A stretch of 64,000 nucleotides of DNA, taken from Candidatus Brockarchaeota archaeon. Lineage in GTDB: Archaea > Thermoproteota > EX4484-205 > JAAOZP01. This document shows positions 55,409 through 64,000 of this stretch, piece by piece; the stretch's first letter is position 1; the number at the start of each line of letters is the position of its first letter. The DNA is taken from NCBI GenBank assembly GCA_017601245.1, contig JAFNJB010000053.1, forward strand, positions 16,501-80,500. The letters are read 5' to 3'. A program made the translations under genes and the position numbers. The notes beneath the pieces are model-generated. The model was given only the letters and a program-made list of their open reading frames with translations. It did no database searches and was not told the DNA's origin.

Positions 55409-56071
55409 CTAAACGTTGTAATAATAGTAATAAGTTAAAGCCTGACGCTTGCGTTTCTTTCTGAAGAACGGCGCTACTAACATGCCGGCTAGAAATCCGC
55501 CTATATGGGCCCAGTATGCAATGCCCGTGTAGCCTGGGAGCATGCTTTCTAAAAGCTGTAGGATAAACCAGAAGCCTAAGTAGACAACAGCAGGGAGCCT
55601 CACCATGAAAAAACGGTAGAAAACCCTGACTCTGGATAAGGGAAACATGACCATGTAAGCTCCCATAACCCCGGATATGGCTCCAGAAGCTCCTATAGCT
55701 GGGATTGTTGAAGAAGGGTCTATTAGAAAATGCGCAATGTCAGCAACTATTCCAAAGATTATGTAAAAAATGAAGAACTTGCCATGTCCCATCCTGTCTT
55801 CAACGTTATCGCCGAAAATGTATAGGAAAACCATGTTGCCAAAGATATGCATAATATCCGCGTGTAGGAACATTGACGTCAACATTCTGAAAAACCCCTC
55901 CAGGGGATTTGTTAGAAGAAGCCTCGGTATAAAACCGTAGCGCCGTATCATAATCTCATAAGTCCATGGGTCCGAGTATTCCAATAGGAAAACACCAAAG
56001 TTGATGCCTATTAACATATATGTGACGATGGGGTGTGTATAGCGCTCGGTCTCGTCCCCGGTTGGAAACAT
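55409..56071 (-). CDS. rhomboid-family intramembrane serine protease
   Basis: GASGAISGVMGAY (GxSG) and the downstream AHIGGFLAG His helix. 6 TM helices. 220 aa. Confidence 0.8.
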   Translation of the reverse strand: MFPTGDETERYTHPIVTYMLIGINFGVFLLEYSDPWTYEIMIRRYGFIPRLLLTNPLEGFFRMLTSMFLHADIMHIFGNMVFLYIFGDNVEDRMGHGKFFIFYIIFGIVADIAHFLIDPSSTIPAIGASGAISGVMGAYMVMFPLSRVRVFYRFFMVRLPAVVYLGFWFILQLLESMLPGYTGIAYWAHIGGFLAGMLVAPFFRKKRKRQALTYYYYYNV

Positions 56072-56167
56072 ATTTAGGAGTTAGCTTTAGACTCGTTTAT
56101 AGTTTTTAAATTTTTTAACAACAAGCTTAAAAGCATCTTTTCAAAAGCCTCACGTAACAAGCAAGCT

Positions 56168-57550
56168 TTGAGTAGTGCTGAGGAGAAGAGGATACTGAGA
56201 GCACAGCTGTTTTCTACGTGTCTAATAGGCTCGGTGATGCTTCTCGAAATCTCTGCAGGCGTCGTAACCAATAGCCTGGCAATCTTAGGCGATGGGATAC
56301 ATGCTCTTTACGATTTCATGATAACGGTGATGATTCTCGCAACCTATAAGATTAGCATCAAGCCTGCGGATGAGAGCCATACTTATGGCCATAGCAGGGT
56401 TAAGACCCTGGGTTCATTTACCAGTGGAATAGCATTACTCTACCTGGTTGCATACCTCATGTTCAGGAGCTTGAACGGGCTTGTCAACCCCTCGCGGGTG
56501 TATCTTGACGCGATAGGGTTCTTAGCCTTAGCCTATACGCTTATTGTAGACTTCGCTAGGATAACGGTTCTTTCAAAAGCATCTAAAAGTGAAACGAGTG
56601 TTAAAGCGGGTTTATTACACTCTCTCGCAGACTTCTTCGATACATTGATTGCTATTGCAGGCTTCTTCTCAGCAGGTTTCTTAAACATTGCGCAGGCTGA
56701 TGCCGTAGCCGGGCTAGTTCTATCTGCGACAATGGCTTACCTTAGCATTAAACTGCTCTATGAAACCGGATTGGAGTTGACAGATGCTGTTTCTCCAAGC
56801 ACGGTGAAGAGGATTAGGCAAATCCTAGAGGAGGAGTATGGCAGAGAAGGGGTTTCCTATCTTAACGTTAGGAGGGTCGATAGGAAGACATACGTTGACA
56901 TAGGTGCACTGGTTTCAACAGATAATAATTTCTCTAAAATGCATAAGTCTATAAGGAGGATTGAAAACAGGATTTCGGAAGACTTGGGTGGTAGTGTCGT
57001 TGTCAGGGTCCAAATGATACCTAAGGCTTCGAGTAGTCTCTACGGGCTAATAAGAGATTCTGCCTTAAGTGTAGAAGGAGTTTCAAACGTTCATGAAATA
57101 ACCTTGTCGAAATCGGGCGATGGGCTTTTAGTATCCTTACATGTAGAAGTATCCAATAATATGAGTCTTTCAGATGCGCATAAGATCGCCGACGAGATAG
57201 AGAAGAGGATTTTGGAAAATGTTGGAAACGTAGGTAGTGTAATGGTACATCTCGAAACTGTCAATCCGCCTTTAAAAATAGTTGAGACAGTAGGTTCAGG
57301 CTCTAAACTATACCAGAGCGTTAAGGATATTGTCGAAGAGGAAACTGCCCGTTTCAAAAACATTGAAGGGGTAAATAGAATACTGGTATTCCAAGATCAC
57401 TATGGTTTAAAGAGGGTTGAACTTGCAGTAAGCATGGATGGGGAGACGAGCATGATGGAAGCTCATGAAACAGTTTCACGTCTAGAAGATTCGATCAAGA
57501 AAAAACTAGGCGATGTTGAAGTAATTATTCATGCTGAACCTAAAAATTGA
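56168..57550 (+). CDS. cation diffusion facilitator (CDF) transporter with three tandem C-terminal cytoplasmic (ZT_dimer-like) repeats
   Basis: 6-TM CDF core (HALYDFMIT...LHSLADF), followed by three sequential ~60-aa segments with the CTD pattern (GVSYLNVRRV..., GVSNVHEITL..., GVNRILVFQDH...IIHAEP). 460 aa. Confidence 0.75.
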   Translation: MSSAEEKRILRAQLFSTCLIGSVMLLEISAGVVTNSLAILGDGIHALYDFMITVMILATYKISIKPADESHTYGHSRVKTLGSFTSGIALLYLVAYLMFRSLNGLVNPSRVYLDAIGFLALAYTLIVDFARITVLSKASKSETSVKAGLLHSLADFFDTLIAIAGFFSAGFLNIAQADAVAGLVLSATMAYLSIKLLYETGLELTDAVSPSTVKRIRQILEEEYGREGVSYLNVRRVDRKTYVDIGALVSTDNNFSKMHKSIRRIENRISEDLGGSVVVRVQMIPKASSSLYGLIRDSALSVEGVSNVHEITLSKSGDGLLVSLHVEVSNNMSLSDAHKIADEIEKRILENVGNVGSVMVHLETVNPPLKIVETVGSGSKLYQSVKDIVEEETARFKNIEGVNRILVFQDHYGLKRVELAVSMDGETSMMEAHETVSRLEDSIKKKLGDVEVIIHAEPKN

Positions 57551-57598
57551 TTAGGCTAAAGCTTTTATCCATCCCAGGGAATATATCCATAGGTTGAA

Positions 57599-58345
57599 AT
57601 GGTTGGAAAAAGCGTGATTATTGAAGAAGTTAAAACAGATTCTGAAAGACCGATAATACTCGAAGGGCTTCCGGATATTGGACTTGTTGGAACAATATCT
57701 CTTACTCACTACCTTGCTAAACTCGGCTTTAAGAAGACGGGTTATCTTCAAACGCAAGAATTCCCGCCTGTTTTAATAATAAGAGACGGGAAGATGAGTG
57801 ATGTCTTCGAAATATACTATAAGGACAACGTTTACATTCTGAGGTCGGAGCTTCCAATACCCCAAAGGGGGGTTTACGAGATCGTCGACGAGATTGTCAA
57901 CTGGGTAAAGTCTAAGAATCCAAGGCTTTTTCTAAGCCTGGGTGGAATACCTGACCCTTACAGGATAGATGTAAGCGACCCGAAAGTCTATGGAATACCT
58001 ACAAACGAGGAAGCGTTATCCATATTGTCCAAGATGAAGAATGTTGAATTGTTAAGCGACGGTTTCATCTTCGGTCCTAAAGCGCTCATATTGAGGAAAC
58101 TTGAGAGACTTGGGATAACCGGCTTGGGATTATTCGTCCAATCCTATCTGAATTACCCTGATCCGGGTTCGGCGGCGAAGGTTCTAACGATACTGCCACA
58201 AATAGGCCTGGAAAAGGTTGAAGTAGATTCTCTAATCGCTTCAGCCGAGGAGATAAGAATGCAGTATAGAGAGTTAATGAGGAGGACTGATGATGAGATA
58301 AGGAGAATGAGGCAAGTACAGCCTATTGCAGAACAGCTCGTGTAG
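57599..58345 (+). CDS. PAC2-family protein (proteasome assembly chaperone-like)
   Basis: ILEGLPDIGLVGTISLTHYL matches the PAC2 GxPGxGxVG motif. 248 aa. Confidence 0.7.
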   Translation: MVGKSVIIEEVKTDSERPIILEGLPDIGLVGTISLTHYLAKLGFKKTGYLQTQEFPPVLIIRDGKMSDVFEIYYKDNVYILRSELPIPQRGVYEIVDEIVNWVKSKNPRLFLSLGGIPDPYRIDVSDPKVYGIPTNEEALSILSKMKNVELLSDGFIFGPKALILRKLERLGITGLGLFVQSYLNYPDPGSAAKVLTILPQIGLEKVEVDSLIASAEEIRMQYRELMRRTDDEIRRMRQVQPIAEQLV

Positions 58346-58359
58346 GAGGTGTGGCATGA

Positions 58360-58752
58360 ATGGAGGATTTTGAAAGGATCGTGGAGGAGGCCAGGAGGCT
58401 TTTCGAAGAAGATTTTAAGAAGTATAGGGTGAGAGCAATGGGGTGTATCGAACCCCTCTACAATATCGTTGAAAGAGAGGAAGAAATAAGGATAAGCGTA
58501 GACCTTCCGGGTGTTGAAAAAGAGGATATTAAATTGACGCTTCATGAAGACTCAATAGTAGTCGAGGGCGTTTGCAAGAAAATAACTCCGACTGTTAGGA
58601 GACTGTCCGGGGGGAAACCGCTCTACTACAGTGTTAGAATACCGCTTCCAACGAAGGTTGAGGAAGACTCTGCTAGGGCAAGGTATTCCAATGGTATTCT
58701 TGAAATAATTTTGATGAAGAGGAAGCGTGGTAGGAGAATACCTATTGAATAA
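58360..58752 (+). CDS. small heat-shock protein (Hsp20/alpha-crystallin family)
   Basis: Alpha-crystallin-domain pattern (IRISVDLPGVEKEDIKLTLHEDSIVVEG) and a C-terminal I-x-I-like RIPIE. 130 aa. Confidence 0.8.
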   Translation: MEDFERIVEEARRLFEEDFKKYRVRAMGCIEPLYNIVEREEEIRISVDLPGVEKEDIKLTLHEDSIVVEGVCKKITPTVRRLSGGKPLYYSVRIPLPTKVEEDSARARYSNGILEIILMKRKRGRRIPIE

Positions 58753-60031
58753 TCCCCAGTCTTTATGGGGTAGTGAAGGCGTAGAGCTTCGGGCTGTAAG
58801 GGGTAGTCAATGCATATACTGCTTAGGCTCACGTGCTCTTTGCGGGAGAAAACAGTGCCCAATACTTTTGAGATACAGTAAGCTGCAGCCTGTCGTAAAG
58901 CTTGAAAACAAGACGGTGCTAGATGGTTCTTCTCCACCCGGGGTATTCGTGGGTAGAATCGGCTATCCAAAGGTTGGAGTCGGCCCAATGATACCGCCGT
59001 ATTTCGGAGATACTAGAATTCTAGACTATCCAGAGTCCTGGTGGAGCATAGACCTTGAGAAACTCGTCGAATATAGGTCGAGCCTGGTGAGGGGGATATT
59101 CAGAGTGAATGCTTACAGGCCCTGGGAAGCCGGTAGGCTTTTCCAGCTTACTCAAGAAATAGCTATGGCAAGCCAGCCTATTGAAGCGTATGTAGAGTTT
59201 TCAAAACCGGTCCGGGCTAGGATATTGTTGGATGAGGATGCTCAACCCTTTGGCCCCTATGGGCCTATTGAAAAGATCGAGGCTGGGAACATTAAGGTTA
59301 ACCGCTTCATTGAGAAAGCATATTACGATGAGGATTTGAAAGCATCTGATGCTATCTATTACCTTTACTCTCTTGGAGTACCTGTTTCAACAATACAGAA
59401 GGCTTTCAGCGTTGCGATGTTTGGAATAGGTAAGAAGAGGAGGCTTGTTCCCACCAGGTGGAGCATAACTGCCGTAGACAGTACGCTGGCTGAGAGAATG
59501 CTTGAGAAGATTAGAGGTAACCCGGAGGTTGACGAATATGCCGTATATGAATCTGAGCATATCGATAACAGGTTTATAGTAGTCTTAATGCCCGGGAAAT
59601 GGTCTTACGAATTCATAGAAATATTCCATCCGGGCTCGGTTTGGAATGTAGGTGGTGATGAAAAAATCGCAATAGGCTCTGATTACGAAGATATCGAGGG
59701 TAGAACAACCTATGCGAGAATAGGTGGCTGCTACTATGCTGCGAGGCTCGCAGTCGCAGAGTACCTCAATAGTATTAGAAGACAGGCTTCAGTACTTGTG
59801 TTGAGAGAAGCAGGACCAGGGTACCTCCTGCCTGCTGGAGTATGGCTGGTCAGAGAGAACGTAAGAAAGGCTCTAGCAGGCAAGCCGGTTAAGTTCGATA
59901 GTCTAGAAAATACGCTAGCATATGTTATGAGAAGGCTTAAGACACCTTGGCAACTTGTTTTGAAAGAAAGCTGGCTTTTGAAGAAAGTTAGAGAGAGGAG
60001 AAGGATTACGGAATACTTAAAAGAAAAATAA
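58727..60031 (+). CDS. archaeal Nre-family (NreA-like) DNA-repair-associated protein
   Basis: N-terminal Cys cluster (CIYCLGSRALCGRKQCP) followed by PGVFVGRIGYPKVGVGP, typical of the Nre N-domain. 434 aa. Confidence 0.6.
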   Translation: MVGEYLLNNPQSLWGSEGVELRAVRGSQCIYCLGSRALCGRKQCPILLRYSKLQPVVKLENKTVLDGSSPPGVFVGRIGYPKVGVGPMIPPYFGDTRILDYPESWWSIDLEKLVEYRSSLVRGIFRVNAYRPWEAGRLFQLTQEIAMASQPIEAYVEFSKPVRARILLDEDAQPFGPYGPIEKIEAGNIKVNRFIEKAYYDEDLKASDAIYYLYSLGVPVSTIQKAFSVAMFGIGKKRRLVPTRWSITAVDSTLAERMLEKIRGNPEVDEYAVYESEHIDNRFIVVLMPGKWSYEFIEIFHPGSVWNVGGDEKIAIGSDYEDIEGRTTYARIGGCYYAARLAVAEYLNSIRRQASVLVLREAGPGYLLPAGVWLVRENVRKALAGKPVKFDSLENTLAYVMRRLKTPWQLVLKESWLLKKVRERRRITEYLKEK

Positions 60032-60035
60032 GGGG

Positions 60036-61430
60036 GTGGGCATGGTCATGAAGCAATCGAGTAAACCCAGGGACATCTTCATCTACAACACTTTGACTAG
60101 GAGAGTTGAGAAGCTAAATCCTGTACACCCTGGGGAAGTACGGATGTATGTCTGCGGCCCCACTGTTTATGATGTTGCCCACCTGGGCCACGCTAGAGCG
60201 GAGATAGTCTACGATTCTTTCCGCAGGTTCCTGGAATATTTGGGCTACAAGGTGATAATGGTTAGAAATATTACTGATATCGACGATAAGATAATAAACA
60301 GGGCTAAGGAGGAGAATAGGCCTGCAAGCGAGATTGCTCTTCAATACACGGTTAAATACTTCATAGATACTTTGAGGCTTGGAATAAAACATCCCACTTT
60401 CAATCCTAGGGTTACTGACCATATTCCAGACATAATCAGCTTTGTAAGCAAGCTCGTGGAGAAGGGGTATGCGTATGAGTCTGGAGGAGATGTCTATTTC
60501 TCGGTGAGGAAGTACCAGGGCTATGGGGAGCTCTCAGGCCAGTCGTTGGAAAGGATTATTGCCGGTGCCAGAATCGAGCCCGGTGAGAATAAAAAGGACC
60601 CGTTAGACTTCTCCCTATGGAAATCAGCCAAGCCCGGTGAGGTCTATTGGGAAAGCCCATGGGGGAGGGGACGTCCAGGCTGGCATATAGAGTGTTCAAC
60701 GATGAGCATGAAATACCTGGGGGAGACCATCGATATTCACGCTGGTGGCATGGACTTGATATTCCCACACCATGAGAATGAGAGGGCTCAGTCCGAGGCT
60801 TTAACTGGTAAAAGGTTTGTGAACATATGGATGCACCACGGGCCTTTAACGGTTAAGGGAGAGAAAATGTCCAAATCCCTTGGTAACTACGTGACTATTG
60901 AAGAAGCTTTAAGAAGGTTCGATGCAGACACTCTCAGGTTCTACATCCTCTCTACACATTACCGTAGTCCACTAGACTACAGCGAGCAGGCTCTGGAATC
61001 AGCCAAGAAGGGGCTTGACAAAGTTAGGAAGATAATCCTCAGGATGGGCGAGGGCAATGGGGATGAGGAGGCTGGGGAACTCGAGGAAGAGGTTTTAAAC
61101 CATCTTGCAAACGATTTCAACACGCCAAGGGCTATTGCAACACTCATGGATGCTGCAAACCGGATTATTGAAGATATCAATAGGGGGAGTGTTTCAAGAA
61201 GGTTCCTAGGGGGATTTTTAAGGCTCTGGAGAATGCTCGGGTTCTTCCAGAGCGGTGTTGAGAGGGCTACGGAAAGGGAGAAGAGGCTAGTTGAAATACT
61301 GTTAGATATTAGGAGTGCAGCAAGATCATCAGGGGACTATAGGCTTGCCGACAGGATCAGGGAGGAACTCAATAAAGTTGGAGTAGTGGTTGAAGATACT
61401 TCAAAAGGTACTTTTGCATACATCCTATAG
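60036..61430 (+). CDS. cysS: cysteinyl-tRNA synthetase
   Basis: YVCGPTVYDVAHLGHAR (HIGH region), the zinc-site Cys, and KMSKSLGN. 464 aa. Confidence 0.9.
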   Translation: MGMVMKQSSKPRDIFIYNTLTRRVEKLNPVHPGEVRMYVCGPTVYDVAHLGHARAEIVYDSFRRFLEYLGYKVIMVRNITDIDDKIINRAKEENRPASEIALQYTVKYFIDTLRLGIKHPTFNPRVTDHIPDIISFVSKLVEKGYAYESGGDVYFSVRKYQGYGELSGQSLERIIAGARIEPGENKKDPLDFSLWKSAKPGEVYWESPWGRGRPGWHIECSTMSMKYLGETIDIHAGGMDLIFPHHENERAQSEALTGKRFVNIWMHHGPLTVKGEKMSKSLGNYVTIEEALRRFDADTLRFYILSTHYRSPLDYSEQALESAKKGLDKVRKIILRMGEGNGDEEAGELEEEVLNHLANDFNTPRAIATLMDAANRIIEDINRGSVSRRFLGGFLRLWRMLGFFQSGVERATEREKRLVEILLDIRSAARSSGDYRLADRIREELNKVGVVVEDTSKGTFAYIL

Positions 61431-61628
61431 GAATTGTCCTTGGGAAAAACTTAAAATAAGAGTACTGCGTAGATTTCCCAGACTCGGAAAAATGGAAAAC
61501 AAGAAAGAACTTTCAAATACGGCTCTTGGCGTAGCACTATTAGTGCCAAAGCTAGAAGACGTAAAGATTCTTTGGAGCAAGTGTAAACGGGGAGAAAAAT
61601 GCTAGGTATCAGGGTGGAGATTTGTTAG

Positions 61629-62396
61629 GTGTGGGGAAACCGGTTGAACATTTGTATTAATACTCTAAACCTTAACAAATTAGCTTCTGAAGAGGGTGGT
61701 CTAGAACAGCTTCTGGTAAAGCTAGTTGGAATGGGCTTTAAGAACGTTGAACTCGATGAGAGGAGCGTTAAAAACAGAGAGCATATTCAACAGATCTTCA
61801 ATATTTTAAGGGAGAATGGAGGTAACATAGTTGCTTTAGCCCTCAGACTAAACCTTTTGGGGGGCGATGTTAAGAGCAATGAGAAATACTTGAACGAGGT
61901 TAAAAACTGGATAAGGTTCTGCGGGGAAAACGGATGCAGGATTTTAAGATTGAAAGCTATACCCGAGAAGGGTGGGGAGTATGCTGAAAAAGATTTCAAC
62001 CTCCTTTACAGGAATCTGCTTAACCTTCTCTCAGCGGTGGAGAAGAATAATGTGAAGATCAGTATAGATACTAATGAGTCTGCTTATCTGAAATTGGAGA
62101 GGCTTATGGGTATGATTGAAGACATAGGTTCTGAAAGCATAGGATTAACTTTGAACATTAAGGATGCTAAGAATATAGACGATAAAGTTGTCGAGAAGCT
62201 CGCACCCCTAGTCAATCACGTGACCGTTAGCCAGAACAGTTTAAACAATCCTGAAAAGGGCTTTTTTAAAAAAGTGTTTAATACTCTCCGTCTAGCTTTC
62301 TACAACGGTTATGTTTCAATAGAATTCGCAAATATTGACAACGTTGAAGATTTGAGTAATTGTGTTAAACGGCTTGAAGAAATCATTTCAAACTGA
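61629..62396 (+). CDS. hypothetical protein, possibly a sugar-phosphate isomerase/epimerase (xylose-isomerase-like TIM barrel)
   Basis: 255 aa with alternating beta/alpha pattern and conserved acidic positions (NVELDE, RILRLKAIPEKGGE, SIDTNES). Weak. Confidence 0.4.
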   Translation: MWGNRLNICINTLNLNKLASEEGGLEQLLVKLVGMGFKNVELDERSVKNREHIQQIFNILRENGGNIVALALRLNLLGGDVKSNEKYLNEVKNWIRFCGENGCRILRLKAIPEKGGEYAEKDFNLLYRNLLNLLSAVEKNNVKISIDTNESAYLKLERLMGMIEDIGSESIGLTLNIKDAKNIDDKVVEKLAPLVNHVTVSQNSLNNPEKGFFKKVFNTLRLAFYNGYVSIEFANIDNVEDLSNCVKRLEEIISN

Positions 62397-62397
62397 C

Positions 62398-64000
62398 CTA
62401 GAGCTTCTTGAAGAAGAAGCCTCCGACCTCTTCAGACCCCGATTCAGGCTCCTCGTAGCTAACTTCAATCTTATGCATCCTAGTTAAATCAGACTCTAAG
62501 CCCCTTAACTTCTCGGGCAAGTATATTCTATAGTTTATTTTCTCATTCAGGGGGATGTTAAGCTTCTTTTTAAGCTTCCAAACAGCTGAATTCACATTCA
62601 TGAATAGGGTTGTCAAATCGCTGTCTATGGTTTCAACATCGTCTAGGCTTGGAAAAGACTGATTCATCACAGATTCGCCGTAAATGTTTCTAAACAAATA
62701 ATCTGTTATGAATGGTATTATTGGAGAAAGACTAATCAAACAAGTCCTTAAAACCCTGTGTAGAGTATACCACGCTGAAACAGCCTCTCCCATGCTTCCC
62801 GTTAAATAAGCCCTTGGCTTAACGGCTTCTAAATAGTGGTCTGCGAAAAAGTTCCAAATATAATTCCTCAATAGGTTAGAGGGTCCGTAAAAATCTAGGG
62901 AGTCATAGTCTTTCTTAGCCTCTTCAAGGACTCTTTTCAACTCGCTTAACGCAATCTTATCTAATAGGCAGAGCTCTGGTTTCTTTTCCACATATTCGAA
63001 TGATGATATGAACCTACTGATATTCCAGAGCTTGGTGAGAAATAGCCTCGCAGCCTTAATCTTCTCCTCCGAGAAACGGTAGTTGGAGCCGAGTTTGGCT
63101 TCGGAGGCAGCCCAGAACCTGAAAGCGTCAGCACCATATTCCTCGAGGTATTCATCTGGATAGATCACGTTCCCCTTAGATTTATGCATCGCTTCACCCT
63201 TCTCATCAAGACCGAGACCGCTTATCCTCACTTCCTTGAATGGTGGCGTGCCAACTAGCTGTATCGTCCTCAGAATCGAATAGTATAGCCAGGTCCTTAT
63301 TATCTCGTAGCCCTGCGGCCTTAGAGAACATATCCAGGACTTTCTGAAAAGCTCCTCGTTTCTCTTATATCCGGTTACGTAAAGTTGAGATATGCTGGAG
63401 TCCATCCACGTGTCTAGGACTCTAGTGTCGCCTTGGAAATCAGTCCCGCCGCATTTAGAGCATTTAGCATCATCGCCTGGTTGCTCTTTCCAAGGCCTAT
63501 AGTACCTTCCAGGTTTAGGAACGTATGGTTCCCCACATTTCTTACAATACCAGAGCGGTACTTCCGTAGCGTAGTATCTCCTCCTGGAAATGGGCCAGTC
63601 TCCTCTGATGCTGTTAATCCAATCAATAAGGATTTGCCTCATAGATTCAGGGTAGAAAATCATTTTATCAGATGCTTCTCTAACTTGCTCGACGAACTCC
63701 TCCTGCTTAAGATAGAGCTCGCTCATTTCTACAAATTCTAGTCTCGTCCGGCACCTCCAACAGACAGGTACTCTTTGAATAATATCCTCAGACTTTGCAA
63801 GTAGCCCTCTCTTTGAAAGTTCTTCTACAATCCTCTTCTTAGCTTCATCAACCCTCAGACCCTTGAGGAAGCCAGATTCCTCAGTCATGATAGCGTTCTC
63901 ATCTATAACCCTAGTGGGCTTCAGGCCTAGTTCTCTGAATAACCTTATATCGGAAGTATCTCCATAGCTGCATATCATCACAAGCCCTGTCCCGAAATCC
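62398..64000 (-). CDS. valS: valyl-tRNA synthetase, C-terminal ~530 aa (the gene continues beyond the window end)
   Basis: The reading frame is open to the window edge. DFGTGLVMICSYGD matches the archaeal ValRS editing-domain FGTG motif. DWPISRRRYYATEVPLWYC (DWxISRQ), VLDTWMDSS, KMSKS-like AMHKSKGN, and YGADAFRFW are present. Confidence 0.7.
   Translation of the reverse strand, partial: DFGTGLVMICSYGDTSDIRLFRELGLKPTRVIDENAIMTEESGFLKGLRVDEAKKRIVEELSKRGLLAKSEDIIQRVPVCWRCRTRLEFVEMSELYLKQEEFVEQVREASDKMIFYPESMRQILIDWINSIRGDWPISRRRYYATEVPLWYCKKCGEPYVPKPGRYYRPWKEQPGDDAKCSKCGGTDFQGDTRVLDTWMDSSISQLYVTGYKRNEELFRKSWICSLRPQGYEIIRTWLYYSILRTIQLVGTPPFKEVRISGLGLDEKGEAMHKSKGNVIYPDEYLEEYGADAFRFWAASEAKLGSNYRFSEEKIKAARLFLTKLWNISRFISSFEYVEKKPELCLLDKIALSELKRVLEEAKKDYDSLDFYGPSNLLRNYIWNFFADHYLEAVKPRAYLTGSMGEAVSAWYTLHRVLRTCLISLSPIIPFITDYLFRNIYGESVMNQSFPSLDDVETIDSDLTTLFMNVNSAVWKLKKKLNIPLNEKINYRIYLPEKLRGLESDLTRMHKIEVSYEEPESGSEEVGGFFFKKL

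Noticed and set aside
61390-61605. 71-aa ORF overlapping the cysS 3' end
   Set aside because: It overlaps cysS by 41 nt in another frame and has no motif. It is basic and low-complexity, with no way to support it from sequence alone.
1-64000. tRNA, rRNA, CRISPR arrays, IS elements/transposases, integrases
   Set aside because: I scanned the intergenic regions for T-loop-like GGTTCRANYCC sequences, regularly spaced direct repeats, and transposase/integrase motifs (DDE, tyrosine recombinase R..H..R..Y) and saw none. The only direct repeat found is the 30-nt block inside the two RAM-domain genes.

Overview
This is a dense, almost gap-free archaeal coding window of about 66 genes. The gene content suggests, by inference, a hyperthermophilic crenarchaeon of the Desulfurococcales type: crenarchaeal-type SSB with an RGG tail, Clp1, PAC2, NreA, AMMECR1, isopentenyl phosphate kinase, GGPP synthase, and roughly 45% GC by eye. 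From 5' to 3' the window holds: an oppABCDF-type peptide ABC transporter; a MBL-fold protein; an ArsR regulator; two divergently transcribed cytoplasmic [NiFe]-hydrogenase operons (hoxEFUYH-like, then hydBGDA-like sulfhydrogenase, plus a maturation endopeptidase); galE and galK-like genes; thiI; alaX; a NifS-like protein that seems to have lost both catalytic residues; pgk; acs; an MFS transporter; glyA; Clp1; two PFK-A phosphofructokinases, one with PPi-type and one with ATP-type signature residues; an NPP-type phosphodiesterase; three stand-alone Lrp/AsnC RAM-domain proteins; SSB; AMMECR1; a GT2 glycosyltransferase; a translationally coupled cluster of a membrane protein, a P-loop-degenerate protein, a RadA-paralog/KaiC-like ATPase and myo-inositol-1-phosphate synthase; DUF123; IPK; GGPPS; hypF-hypC-hypD-(alpha/beta hydrolase)-hypE; a rhomboid protease; a CDF transporter with three tandem C-terminal domains; PAC2; Hsp20; NreA; cysS; and the 3' part of valS. 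I recognised no rRNA, tRNA, CRISPR array or mobile element. The best candidate for an undescribed system is the coupled four-gene cluster at 40833..45377 (4-TM protein, Walker-A-degenerate NTPase-like protein, RecA-superfamily ATPase, then MIPS). All calls rest on motif and pattern recognition from the supplied translations; no database searches were run.
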